From contig NZ_JAGIBI010000012.1 in NCBI RefSeq assembly GCF_017744395.1, forward strand, positions 7,766 through 71,765: DNA of 64,000 bases, given 5' to 3'. The translations under genes and the position numbers were made by a program. Below the pieces are notes generated by a model. It searched no databases. It saw only the letters and a list, made by a program, of their open reading frames with translations, and was not told the DNA's origin. Every line of letters starts with the position of its first letter. Positions within the stretch are counted from its first letter, which is position 1. Shown piece by piece: positions 18,379-28,299 of the stretch. This DNA is from Herbaspirillum sp. (GTDB lineage Bacteria > Pseudomonadota > Gammaproteobacteria > Burkholderiales > Burkholderiaceae_D).

Positions 18379-19617
18379 TCACGCGGTTTCGATGCGCGCC
18401 GGACGCGGGCCGTAGCGCAAGGTCAGCAAGGTGCCCAGCATGATCGCGATGGCGGCGAAGATGGGGCCGCCCAACGCGCCGACCTGGTCGACCAGGATGC
18501 CGCCGCCGACCGCGCCGCTGGCGATGGCGATCTGGAAGGCCGCCACCAGCAAGCCGCCCGCGCCTTCGGCCTGGTCCGGCGCGGCGCGCACGATCCAGGT
18601 CTGGAAACCGACCGGGAAGGCGCCGAAGGCGAAGCCCCAGAGCGCGATCGACACCGCCGTCACCGCCGACGATGTGCCGGCCACCCACAGCGCGACGGCC
18701 AGCACGGTAATCGCCGCCCCGCCGAAGACGATGGCATGGCGCTCGCTGCGTTCGGCGATGAAGGCCCCGGCGAAGTTGCCGAAGAAGCCGCCGATGCCGT
18801 AGCCCAGCAGCACCGCCGAGATAGTAGCCACCGACAGATGCGTGATGTGTTCCATCAGCGGACGGATATAGGTGAACCCGGCGAAGTGGCCCGAGATCAC
18901 CAGCAGCACGGCCAGCAAGGCTACCCGTACATGGGAGCGGCCCAGCAGTTCGAACAGCACCTTCAGGTTCGGATTGTCCTTGGGCGGCAGCTTGGGAATG
19001 GCGAACACCTGCACCGCGAGCGTCGCCACGCTGACGATACCGGCCGCCACGAAGGCGCTGCGCCAGCCCCACAGGTTGCCCATGTAAGCGCCGATGGGGG
19101 CGGCGCAGACGGTGGCCACCGATACGCCGGTGAGGATCAGGGACATGGCGCGCGCGAATACGTTTTCCGGCACCAGGCGCATCGCCAGCGCGGCGGCCAT
19201 CGACCAGAAACCGCCCAGCGCGACGCCCAGCATCACGCGCGAGACCAGCAGCACCGACAGGCTGCCGGCAGTCACCGCCAGCACGTTCGACAGCACCAGC
19301 AAGGCGGTCAGTGCCAGCACCACCTTCTTGCGGTCGAAGTTGCGCGTGAGCACCGGAATCGTCGGCGCGGCGATGGCGCCGACGATGGCGGTGGCAGTCA
19401 CGGCCTGGCCGGCGGCGCCGTCCGACACGCCCAGGTCGGTCGACATGGCCGTCAGCAGGCTGGCCGGCAGGAATTCGGCGGTCACCAGGCCAAACACGCC
19501 CAGCGCCAGGCTGGCGATGCCGGCCCAGTTGGCGCGGCCGGAAGTGTCGGCGGTCATGGCGGCCGGGTCGCCCGGGTAGGACGAATCGGGGCATTCAATG
19601 CAAGCGGAATCAGACAT
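18379..19617 (-). CDS. MFS transporter (NepI/DHA1-like)
   Basis: TAEFLPASLL, LGVALGGFWS, about 12 TMs. Confidence 0.9.
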   Translation of the reverse strand: MSDSACIECPDSSYPGDPAAMTADTSGRANWAGIASLALGVFGLVTAEFLPASLLTAMSTDLGVSDGAAGQAVTATAIVGAIAAPTIPVLTRNFDRKKVVLALTALLVLSNVLAVTAGSLSVLLVSRVMLGVALGGFWSMAAALAMRLVPENVFARAMSLILTGVSVATVCAAPIGAYMGNLWGWRSAFVAAGIVSVATLAVQVFAIPKLPPKDNPNLKVLFELLGRSHVRVALLAVLLVISGHFAGFTYIRPLMEHITHLSVATISAVLLGYGIGGFFGNFAGAFIAERSERHAIVFGGAAITVLAVALWVAGTSSAVTAVSIALWGFAFGAFPVGFQTWIVRAAPDQAEGAGGLLVAAFQIAIASGAVGGGILVDQVGALGGPIFAAIAIMLGTLLTLRYGPRPARIETA

Positions 19618-19733
19618 GGCGGTCCTCAATATAAGGTGGATGCCGCAGTCTACGGTCAAGCCACTGGACTTTCCATGCCATTAACGTCTATTCTCTTGAC
19701 TATTCGTCCAAGACAACGAAAGGTGCTTCCCCC

Positions 19734-20726
19734 ATGGCCGCCAAAGACATTCCCGATCCCCTGACCGAGATCCTGCTGGGCTTGCGCCTGGACGGGGTGG
19801 AGTATGGCCGCTGCGTGATGCGCGAGCCGTGGGCGGTGGCGTTCCCCGCCAGACCCGAGGCGACCTTCCATTTCGTCGCGCAAGGCGATTGCTGGATGCG
19901 CACGCAAGCGACCGACTGGATCCAGCTCCGCACCGGCGACGCGCTGCTGTTGCCGCGCAGCACCTTCCATGTGCTGGCGAGTTCGCCGGATGCGCCTTGC
20001 GTGGACATCGATACGCTGGCGCGCAAGGCCGTGTCGGAAAACCTCTACCTGGTCAACGGCACAGGCTGCGCGGCTGTCGGCGCCAAGCCCGCGCAAACGG
20101 CAAACGCCGAGGCCGATGCCGGCACCGAGGCCGAACCGTCGCACACCCTGTTCACCGGCACGATGCGCTTCAACCTCGACCCCTTGCATCCGCTGCTGGC
20201 GATGATGCCCGATGTCATGCGCGCCAACGACCTGGCGCAACGGGACCCGGCGGTGCTTCCCATGCTGGAGGCGATGGAGCGCGAAGTGACCCTGAACCGC
20301 ATCGGCGCCTGCGGCATCCTGGCGCGCCTGGCCGATGTGCTGTCGGCCAGCATCATCCGCGCCTGGGTCGAATGCGCCTGCAGCGATGCCACCGGCTGGA
20401 TCGCCGCCGTGCGCTGCCCGCAGGTCGGGCGCGTGCTGGCGGCGGTGCATCGCCAACCGGAACGCGAATGGTCGGTGGCGGAACTGGCCGGGGTGATGGG
20501 CGCGTCGCGCTCCAGCTTCATCGAGAAGTTTTCCAATACCGTCGGCGAAACGCCGGCCAAGTACGTGGCGCGCGTGAAGATGTTCCAGGCGCGCCACTGG
20601 ATCGCGCGCGAAGGCATGCGCGTGGCGGTGGTCGCCAACCGCCTGGGCTACGATTCGGAAGCCTCGTTCAGCCGCGCCTTCAAGCGCATCATCGGCCATC
20701 CGCCCAGCGAGGCGCGCCTCGGATAA
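19734..20726 (+). CDS. AraC-family regulator with N-terminal cupin
   Basis: FHFVAQGDCW cupin; WSVAELA and LGYDSEASFSRAFKR HTH; divergent from the MFS gene. Confidence 0.9.
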   Translation: MAAKDIPDPLTEILLGLRLDGVEYGRCVMREPWAVAFPARPEATFHFVAQGDCWMRTQATDWIQLRTGDALLLPRSTFHVLASSPDAPCVDIDTLARKAVSENLYLVNGTGCAAVGAKPAQTANAEADAGTEAEPSHTLFTGTMRFNLDPLHPLLAMMPDVMRANDLAQRDPAVLPMLEAMEREVTLNRIGACGILARLADVLSASIIRAWVECACSDATGWIAAVRCPQVGRVLAAVHRQPEREWSVAELAGVMGASRSSFIEKFSNTVGETPAKYVARVKMFQARHWIAREGMRVAVVANRLGYDSEASFSRAFKRIIGHPPSEARLG

Positions 20727-20799
20727 GTGCGCGCAATACGGCTAGAATCCCGCCATTCCATTCAATCCACACTCTACACATACACACAAAGGATTTTCC

Positions 20800-21501
20800 A
20801 TGACTGACAAGGTTGCCCTGATCACCGCCGGCGGCAGCGGCATGGGCGCCGCCGCCGCGAAGAAACTGGCGGCGGACGGCTACAAGATCGCCATCCTCTC
20901 CTCTTCCGGCAAGGGCGAGGCGCTGGCCAAAGAACTGGGCGGCATTGGCGTGACCGGCTCCAACCAGTCAGCCGACGACCTCAAGGCACTGGTCGATCTG
21001 GCGGTGGCGCAATGGGGCCGCATCGACGTGCTGGTCAACAGCGCCGGGCACGGCCCGCGCGCGCCTATCCTGGAAATCAGCGACGACGACTGGCACCGCG
21101 GCATGGACACCTATCTCCTCAACGTGATCCGCCCGACCCGGCTGGTGACGCCGTTCATGCAGCAGCAAAAAGGCGGCGCCATCATCAACATCTCCACCGC
21201 CTGGGCGTTCGAGCCTAGCGACATGTTCCCGACCTCGGCGGTGTTCCGTTCGGGCCTGGCGGCGTTCACGAAGATCTTCGCCGACACCTACGCCAAGGAC
21301 AACATCCGCATCAACAACATCCTGCCGGGCTGGATCGACAGCCTGCCGGCGCGCGAAGAGCGCCGCGCCAGCGTGCCGATGCAGCGGTATGGGAAAAGCG
21401 AGGAGATCGCGGCGACCGTGGCCTTCCTCGCGTCCGAGGGCGCGGCCTATATCACGGGCCAGAACATCCGCGTCGACGGCGGACTGACCCGGTCGGTCTG
21501 A
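20800..21501 (+). CDS. short-chain dehydrogenase/reductase
   Basis: TAGGSGMG, DVLVNSAG, NNILPG, YITGQNIRVDGG. Confidence 0.9.
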   Translation: MTDKVALITAGGSGMGAAAAKKLAADGYKIAILSSSGKGEALAKELGGIGVTGSNQSADDLKALVDLAVAQWGRIDVLVNSAGHGPRAPILEISDDDWHRGMDTYLLNVIRPTRLVTPFMQQQKGGAIINISTAWAFEPSDMFPTSAVFRSGLAAFTKIFADTYAKDNIRINNILPGWIDSLPAREERRASVPMQRYGKSEEIAATVAFLASEGAAYITGQNIRVDGGLTRSV

Positions 21502-21502
21502 A

Positions 21503-22213
21503 TTACTGTTCGCGTTCGACGTGGTTGCGGCCGCCGCGCTTGGCGCGGTACAAGGCCTCGTCGGCGCGCGCGTAGGCATCTTCGAAATTGCCTTGCGCCG
21601 CGCTCCAGGCGACGCCGAAGCTCGATGTCACCGGCCGCGCCGACAGGCAGCAAAAGCGCTCGCCGGCGATCGCGGCGCGGATCTTTTCAGCCAGCGCCAC
21701 GGCCTCGTCCAGCGGCATGCCGGGCAGCAGGATGGAAAACTCCTCGCCGCCGACGCGGCCGATCAATCCCATGCCATCGACCACGTTGCGCAGCCGGCTC
21801 ACCAGTTCGCGGATGACCGCGTCGCCGGTGGGGTGGCCGAACTCGTCGTTGATGCGCTTGAAGAAATCGATATCGAGCACCACCAGCGACATCGCCGATT
21901 TTTCCAGGATCTGGCGCGCGCAGTCGAACACCGCGCCGCGGTTCAGGGCGCCGGTCAGGTTGTCGTGCCGGGCCTTGTAGTCGAGTTCGTCGCTGAGCTG
22001 CTGCAACCGTGAATTGAGCTGGTTCAGTTCGCGCTCGGTGCGGTCGCTGCGCGAGATCAGGCGGCGGCTCTGGCGCATCAGCTGGCCGTAGTTCTGCACC
22101 AGCACTTCCAGCGCCCCGCGATAATGGTCGAGCTCGCCGGTGCCGCTGGCCAGCACGCGCCGGGCGCTTTCCAGCGCTTCCGCTTCCGCCTCGAAAAGGT
22201 CAGCGTCGGTCAT
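21503..22213 (-). CDS. siaD: SiaD-like diguanylate cyclase
   Basis: coiled coil then DNLTGALNR, DIDFFKRINDEFGH, GGEEF; last gene of a sia-like operon. Confidence 0.8.
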   Translation of the reverse strand: MTDADLFEAEAEALESARRVLASGTGELDHYRGALEVLVQNYGQLMRQSRRLISRSDRTERELNQLNSRLQQLSDELDYKARHDNLTGALNRGAVFDCARQILEKSAMSLVVLDIDFFKRINDEFGHPTGDAVIRELVSRLRNVVDGMGLIGRVGGEEFSILLPGMPLDEAVALAEKIRAAIAGERFCCLSARPVTSSFGVAWSAAQGNFEDAYARADEALYRAKRGGRNHVEREQ

Positions 22214-22602
22214 TGGCTCTTTACCGCATGGTCATGGAAAGCGAGCGCGGGGAAATCCTCCTGCAGTTCCTGCCCGAATTCGAAAATGGTGTCGTCGTCT
22301 TCGTCGTGGTACCAGTTCAGCACCACCTCGGCGCCGGACTCGGCCTTCTCGTTCAAGGCATCGAACAGCGAGAACAGCATCTTGGTGCTGGAGCTGTTGA
22401 AGTAGGCCAGCGCCACGTTCACGGTGATGGCGGCGGACGCATCGTCAGCGGCCAGGAAGCGGCGCAGCGCGGCGATGATCTCGCCCCAGAACTGGGCCGC
22501 GTTTTCGGGATAGGACTCCCCTTTCAGGGAGAGCGTGCGTTCATCGAAGCGGAAATCCACTTCCGGGGAACTGGGACTGGCCGCTATAAATAAGTTATCC
22601 AT
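22210..22602 (-). CDS. siaC: SiaC/DUF1987 phospho-switch protein
   Basis: SSPEVDF, GESYPEN, YFNSSSTK, NWYHDEDD. Confidence 0.85.
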   Translation of the reverse strand: MDNLFIAASPSSPEVDFRFDERTLSLKGESYPENAAQFWGEIIAALRRFLAADDASAAITVNVALAYFNSSSTKMLFSLFDALNEKAESGAEVVLNWYHDEDDDTIFEFGQELQEDFPALAFHDHAVKSQ

Positions 22603-22653
22603 ACATTCATTCCAAAAATACGGGCCGGATACCGGACTGAATACGCCGGCCCC

Positions 22654-23223
22654 TCAGATGGTGGCCCTCAGGTAGAACATCGAGGTGTCGTCCGCGGCGG
22701 CGGGCGAGAATTCGAAATCGAGCGGCGCGCTGGCATCGCGCGCCATGGTCAGGAAACCGAGGCCGGCGCCCTTGCTGTCGGACGGCGTTTCCGCACGCAG
22801 CATTTCCTTGTATTCGGACTTGATCTCGTCGATGGTCAGCGAACGCAGGTGCGCCAGCTTTTCTCGCAAGCTCTCGACGATCTCGCTGCGGACCGGATTG
22901 GCGCAATGCAGGTAGTAGCGCCCTTCGGTCAGCGAGATGAAGACCGCGCCATGCCGCATCAACGGTTCGGTCGCCTGGCCTTCCTTCTCATGCAGGTCGG
23001 ACGAGTAATGCAGGATGTTCTGCGCCATCTCGATGAAGGACGAAAACAGCTTGCGGCGGGTCTGCGCGACCGCGCCGGTATGCTCGACCCGCAACTTGAC
23101 CGCATCGGCCATGGCCGCGATGATCGTTTGCGAAAAATAGCCGACGTAGTAGAAGATCACGTCGCGCCGTTCGACGTAGCTGTAGAAATCGGCCCACTCC
23201 CATTCCCGCTCAATGACGCTCAT
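22654..23223 (-). CDS. siaB: SiaB/DUF6272 kinase
   Basis: FIEMAQNILHY, GAGLGFLTMAR GHKL-like motifs; ATGA overlap with the upstream stop. Confidence 0.85.
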   Translation of the reverse strand: MSVIEREWEWADFYSYVERRDVIFYYVGYFSQTIIAAMADAVKLRVEHTGAVAQTRRKLFSSFIEMAQNILHYSSDLHEKEGQATEPLMRHGAVFISLTEGRYYLHCANPVRSEIVESLREKLAHLRSLTIDEIKSEYKEMLRAETPSDSKGAGLGFLTMARDASAPLDFEFSPAAADDTSMFYLRATI

Positions 23224-24500
23224 GTCCGTTGCTCTTGTTGCCTGTGGTTGTTGAAAGGCGCCGCGCCCGGCCGGCACCCGAAAAATGTGACGTCGTCGCG
23301 CCGGCGCTGCGCGCCCTGGTACTGGCGGTGCGCCGCCATCACCTGCCGGCCCAGTTCCGGCATCGGCGCGTCGCTGTGCTCCTGCAGCAGCTTGCGCAGG
23401 CGCTGCTTGCCGAAGGCGATGTTCTTGGCGCCGCCGATCTGGTCGGTCACGCCGTCGGTGGAAACGAAGATGAGCGCGCCCGGCTCCACTTCGATGCTGC
23501 GGTTTTCCCACTGCATGCCGTCGGGCGTATCCACATAGCCCAGGCCGGTGCGCTGGCCTTCGATGGCTTCCACCGTTGCGCCGTCGCCGGACAAGACGAA
23601 CAGCGGCATCTTGGCGTTGGCGCAGACCAGCCGGCGCGATGCGGTCTCGAACCAGAAGAAACAGGCGTCCATGCCGTCGTCGGATTCCGACGGCTTGTCC
23701 GAACCCGCCTGCTGGCCCAGCACCCGCTTCATGCCGCGGTTGACCTCGTGCATCACCCGCGCCGGGTCGCGCGGGCCGTACAGCTCCAGCGCCTGCTTCA
23801 GCGACGAGGAAGCGATCAGGGTCAGGAAGGCGCCGGGCACGCCGTGGCCGGTACAGTCGGCAACGGCGGCGAACCAGCCGTCGGCATGGTGTTCGAAATG
23901 GTAGAAGTCGCCGCCGACCACGTCGCGCGGCTCCCAGACCAGGCAGGCATCGTCCAGCGCCTGCGACATGGCCGAGCGCGACGCGCTCAGCATGGCGCGC
24001 TGGATGACGCTGGCGTAGTCGATGCTCTGCATCACCTGGCGGTTCTTTTCTTCCTGCTGGGCCACCAGCATGCGCATCAGCTCCAGCCCCGAGCCCAGGC
24101 CCGACAGCTTGCCGTCCTGCACGATCAGGAAACCGTCGGCCAGCGTCTTGTCGCCGGAAGCCACCGCCAGCGCGCCCAGCGTCTCGATCGGGGTATCGGC
24201 GTCGGCGATCAGCGGATCCTTGTCCATGAACGCGATGCAGCTTTTGCGCTCGTACAGTTCGCGGTGGTAGGGCTTGGACATCTGCGACATGAAGATATGC
24301 CGGCTGATCAGGCCGATCGGCCGCCCCTGCTCGACTACCGGCAAGCTGACCAGCTCCCTGTGCTGGCCGAAGATTTCCAGCACCTTGGCATTGTTCTCAT
24401 CGAACGAGACCACCGGAACGCCTACCGCCAGCGCCCCTGCGGTCGGCTGATAAAGGCTGCTCCCCAGCGCCGGGGTAAGGCTGAAATGGCTGTCCACCAT
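23220..24500 (-). CDS. siaA: SiaA-like PP2C/SpoIIE phosphatase with N-terminal CBS pair and no TM
   Basis: SIDYASVIQ, PRDVVGGDFY, DCTGHGVPGA, DGMD, TDGVTDQ, RRDDVT; N-terminal LPVVEQGRPIGLISR CBS-like. Confidence 0.8.
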   Translation of the reverse strand: MVDSHFSLTPALGSSLYQPTAGALAVGVPVVSFDENNAKVLEIFGQHRELVSLPVVEQGRPIGLISRHIFMSQMSKPYHRELYERKSCIAFMDKDPLIADADTPIETLGALAVASGDKTLADGFLIVQDGKLSGLGSGLELMRMLVAQQEEKNRQVMQSIDYASVIQRAMLSASRSAMSQALDDACLVWEPRDVVGGDFYHFEHHADGWFAAVADCTGHGVPGAFLTLIASSSLKQALELYGPRDPARVMHEVNRGMKRVLGQQAGSDKPSESDDGMDACFFWFETASRRLVCANAKMPLFVLSGDGATVEAIEGQRTGLGYVDTPDGMQWENRSIEVEPGALIFVSTDGVTDQIGGAKNIAFGKQRLRKLLQEHSDAPMPELGRQVMAAHRQYQGAQRRRDDVTFFGCRPGAAPFNNHRQQEQRT

Positions 24501-24578
24501 GCTCGACCCCTGTCATGTTTTTTTGATTGATCGGCGATCATATGTAATTCGTATGACAACCATATGACTGCGAGCGGC

Positions 24579-24620
24579 AAAAAAACAAAACCCGGAGCCG
24601 CATCGCGGACTCCGGGTTTT
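24579..24620 (-). terminator. intrinsic terminator after the MFS gene
   Basis: AAAACCCGGAG/CTCCGGGTTTT stem and long U tract on the minus strand. Confidence 0.72.
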
Positions 24621-24638
24621 CATGGGTATGCCTGGTTC

Positions 24639-25961
24639 TCAGTTCTTGCCGGCAGCGCGGTATCCCTTGCTGCTCATCGGCACGAACGCCAGCAGCACGC
24701 CGAGGATGGACAGCGCCAGCACATAGTGCGCCGGCCCCTGCACGTCTTGCTTGATCCACAGCGAAATCAGGATCGGAGTCAGCCCGCCGAACACCGCATA
24801 TGCCATGTTGTAGGCGAAGGACAAACCGCTGAAGCGCACCGGCGGCGGGAAGGCGCGGGTGGCGACGATGGGCGTCAACGAGATACTGCCCACGAACAGG
24901 CCGACCAGCCCGTAGCCCCAGACCAGCGATTCGGGCGAACCCGGCAACTGGCCGTAGAACCACACGCTCGACAGCGCCAGGCCGCCCCAGCCGATGATCA
25001 TCGAGGCACGCGTGCCGATGCGGTCGCACAGCCAGCCGATAACCAGGCAGCCGATGGTGAGCATCAGCGTGCCGGCGCAATTGGCCTGCATCACCAATTT
25101 GGCCGGCAGGTGGTGCACGGTCTGCAGGTAGGACGGCGTCATCAGGATCACCACCACGACGGCGCCCGACAGGCACCAGGTCATGCCGGCGGTCAGCACG
25201 CTGGCGGCACGGTGCTCGCGCAGCACCGTCTTGAGCGGCAGTTCGCGGGACTGAGCGCGACGCGCGGCCAGCTCGCGGAACACCGGCGTCTCTTCGAGGT
25301 AGCGGCGCAGGTAGACCGACACCAGGCCGAACACGCCGCCCAGGATGAAGGGGATGCGCCAGGCATAGCCGGCCACCTCGCCGGGTTCGAACACGCTGTT
25401 GATGAAGATGCCCATCAGCGAACCCAGCAGGATGCCGCCGGTGATGCCCGAGGTCAGCGAACCGACGCCGAAGCCATAGCGGTTGGCCGGCACGTGTTCG
25501 GCCACGAACACCCAGGCGCCCGGCATCTCGCCGCCGATGGCCGCGCCCTGCAGGGTGCGCATCAGCAGCAGCAGGATAGGCGCGGCCACGCCGATGCTGG
25601 CGTAGGTCGGCAGCAGGCCGATCACCAGCGTCGGCACCGCCATCAGGAAGATCGACAGCGTGAACATGCGCTTGCGGCCGATCACGTCGCCGTAGTGGGC
25701 GATGATGATGCCGCCCACCGGGCGCGCCAGGTAGCCGGCGGCGAAGATGCCGAAGGTCTGCAGCATGCGCAGCCACTCCGGCATGTCGGCCGGGAAGAAC
25801 AGCTTGCCGACCACCGCCGCGAAGAATACGTAAATGACGAAGTCATAGAATTCCAGCGTGCCGCCCAGGGCCGACAGGCCGAGCGTCTTGTAGTCGGAGG
25901 AAGTGAGGGGTCGATGCCGGGACTCGTCGATGGCCCCGGAGTATTGAGCGGAAATAGACAT
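24639..25961 (-). CDS. MHS-family MFS transporter (ProP/YhjE-like)
   Basis: LEFYDF, GYLARPVGG, GDVIGRK, QGAAIGGE, EETPVF. Confidence 0.92.
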   Translation of the reverse strand: MSISAQYSGAIDESRHRPLTSSDYKTLGLSALGGTLEFYDFVIYVFFAAVVGKLFFPADMPEWLRMLQTFGIFAAGYLARPVGGIIIAHYGDVIGRKRMFTLSIFLMAVPTLVIGLLPTYASIGVAAPILLLLMRTLQGAAIGGEMPGAWVFVAEHVPANRYGFGVGSLTSGITGGILLGSLMGIFINSVFEPGEVAGYAWRIPFILGGVFGLVSVYLRRYLEETPVFRELAARRAQSRELPLKTVLREHRAASVLTAGMTWCLSGAVVVVILMTPSYLQTVHHLPAKLVMQANCAGTLMLTIGCLVIGWLCDRIGTRASMIIGWGGLALSSVWFYGQLPGSPESLVWGYGLVGLFVGSISLTPIVATRAFPPPVRFSGLSFAYNMAYAVFGGLTPILISLWIKQDVQGPAHYVLALSILGVLLAFVPMSSKGYRAAGKN

Positions 25962-26423
25962 GTTTTTTCAACACGACCGGCAACGCGGCCCTCGCGGCCC
26001 GTGCGCCCCGCATTTGCCGATGCAAATGCCAAGGCGCCCGGATCCGATGGCCGGTTTCGTATCGTCTTCAAGCGGGTGGATCGCAAGCGGCATGCCTGCG
26101 AAGGAAGATTCAGCGGAAAACGCAAAGCGAAGATTTACGTTTTAGCGGCGAAACAGGGAACATGATACCTGAAAGCGGCAAATCTTTCGCAACGCAGCAT
26201 TTTTTGCCGCCGTTCACGCCAATGGCAGCATCCAATTCATTCTTCACCCTGGCGACGAACGGATGCGAATTAATTTGCATCGCAGCAAAAGAATCAAGGC
26301 GAGCCATCGCTCCGTCATTTCATGAGCAATACGACCCGCCTCCTTCACAACTTCCGTAAAAGCAGCGATGAATACCGTTCCAAGACACGAATTCCGATCG
26401 CCGTCTTTTGCGAGCCGCCGGCC

Positions 26424-27134
26424 TCAGAAATCCAGCACGATATCCACCGATGCGCTCCGGCGCAGCATCAGGAATCCTTCGCCATAGATGTTGCGGATCT
26501 GCATCGGCGCATCCTCCAGCGAACGCAGTTTCTGCCGCACGCGGTAAATCAGCGCATCGATGCGGTGTGAATCGTATTCCTCGGCGCCGGACCTGAGCAG
26601 GTCGAACAGCTGCGCGTGCGAGACCGGATAGTTGGGGCTTTGCAGCAATGCCGCCAGCGCGATGCTTTCCTTGTCGGTGAATTGCAGCGATACCGAATTG
26701 CCGTCGGCCAGGCGGCCCGACTTGCGGCTGAAGCTCCATTTCTCCGACTCCGGCAGGTGCTGGTGCGGCACGGTCTTCATGCGGCGCGACAGCGCCGTGA
26801 GCGTGGCCGAGATCTCATCGAGCTTGACCGGCTTGACCAGGTAATAATCGGCGCCGTCGCGCATGCCGCGCACGCGCTCTTCCAGCCGGGTGCTGGCTGC
26901 CAGGATGACGATGCCCATCGATGGGAAATGCTGGCGGATCGAAGCGAGTTCTGCCAGGAGATTGCCGTCCGGCAGGCTGGCATTGGCGATCAGGATGTCC
27001 GGCTGGCGGTTTTTCAGGATTTCAAGCGCTTGCGCGAGGGCCGAGCAGGTGCCGGCCTCGTAGCCCAATCCCCCGACATGGGCGGCAAGCGAGTTGCGCC
27101 AGTCGATCTCGTCTTCAACGATTAATACTCTCAT
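26424..27134 (-). CDS. orphan OmpR-family response regulator with atypical receiver
   Basis: MRVLIVEDE, GADYYLVKP, winged-helix C-terminus; phosphoacceptor position reads Asn. Confidence 0.8.
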   Translation of the reverse strand: MRVLIVEDEIDWRNSLAAHVGGLGYEAGTCSALAQALEILKNRQPDILIANASLPDGNLLAELASIRQHFPSMGIVILAASTRLEERVRGMRDGADYYLVKPVKLDEISATLTALSRRMKTVPHQHLPESEKWSFSRKSGRLADGNSVSLQFTDKESIALAALLQSPNYPVSHAQLFDLLRSGAEEYDSHRIDALIYRVRQKLRSLEDAPMQIRNIYGEGFLMLRRSASVDIVLDF

Positions 27135-27497
27135 CTATCTAGCGTTCCGGACGATACTATTCTTATGACTACTGGAAGCATCGCCGCCGCGCCCCTGCCA
27201 AACACACGTCCGGGCCCACCCTCAGGAGCTTGGCAATGCTTCCCTTATTCACAACGTTATACAGAAAATCTTTGCCGATAAACTCATAAAAACTCGCAAA
27301 TTTTTCTCCCGCCAAGGAGCCGGCGCCATCGATGCCAGGCCGCCGGCGACATTGCATCTCCTCTGCCGACGCAGGAAATTCCATCCGTATTGCGAGCTGT
27401 CGCGGAAGGGTTGAATCGGTGCGCCACCGGGATGGCCAATCCCTGTTAAGGTGTCGTATCGATGCCACTATTTGCCGGCCGAAGGCCCGCCCACCCC

Positions 27498-28277
27498 ATG
27501 CGTCTATTGATCCTGTCCGACCTGCACCTTGAAGTCTGGCGTGAAAACGCACCACCCATCCGCCCCGAAGCCAGCCGCCCCGACGTCGTCATCCTGGCCG
27601 GCGACATCGACAAGCCGGCGCGCGCGCTGGCCTGGGCCGAACGCACGTTCGCCGGCCTGCCGGTGCTCTACGTCAGCGGCAACCACGAAGGCTATGGGAA
27701 TACCTGGGAAGGCACGTTGCGCGATCTAGCGCAACGGGGCGCAGCGTCATCCAACGTGCGCCTGCTGGAGCGGGGTGAAACCGTGATCGGCGGCGTGCGT
27801 TTCCTCGGCGCCACGCTGTGGACCGACTACGCCTTGTTCGGGGAGGAAAACCGGCAGCGCGCGATGGCCGCGGCCGAGCCGGTGATGATGGACTATCGCC
27901 GCATCGAAGTGGAAGACGGCGGCGTGCGTCCGATGACGCCGGACGACACGGTGCGGCTGCACCGCGCCGACCTCGCCTGGCTGGCGGAAAAACTGGAAAC
28001 GCCTTTCGACGGCCGCACCGTGGTGATCACCCACATGGCGCCGTCGCTGCGCTCGGTGGCGCAACGGTATGCGCAAGACCTGGTGTCGGCGGCGTTCTCG
28101 TCCAACCTCGATGCGCTGGTCGAACGCGCCGACCTGTGGGTGCATGGCCACACCCACGACTCCTTCGACTACCGCGTCGGCGATTGCCGCGTCGTGTGCA
28201 ATCCCTGCGGCTATCTCCGGCGCGACGGCACGCCGGAGAACGAGCGCTACGACCCGGACCTGATCGTGGAGATCTGA
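27498..28277 (+). CDS. calcineurin-like metallophosphoesterase
   Basis: SDLHLE, AGDI, GNHEGY, THMAP, HGHTH. Confidence 0.9.
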   Translation: MRLLILSDLHLEVWRENAPPIRPEASRPDVVILAGDIDKPARALAWAERTFAGLPVLYVSGNHEGYGNTWEGTLRDLAQRGAASSNVRLLERGETVIGGVRFLGATLWTDYALFGEENRQRAMAAAEPVMMDYRRIEVEDGGVRPMTPDDTVRLHRADLAWLAEKLETPFDGRTVVITHMAPSLRSVAQRYAQDLVSAAFSSNLDALVERADLWVHGHTHDSFDYRVGDCRVVCNPCGYLRRDGTPENERYDPDLIVEI

Positions 28278-28299
28278 GGTCCGGGCCGCATCTTCATTT

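Noticed and set aside
26110-26307. 65-aa ORF in the AT-richer intergenic region
   Set aside because: No motif, poor codon fit; not supportable as a gene
27255-27281. GCCGATAA sigma28 -10-like octamer
   Set aside because: No TAAA-like -35 at 15 nt and no flagellar-type gene downstream
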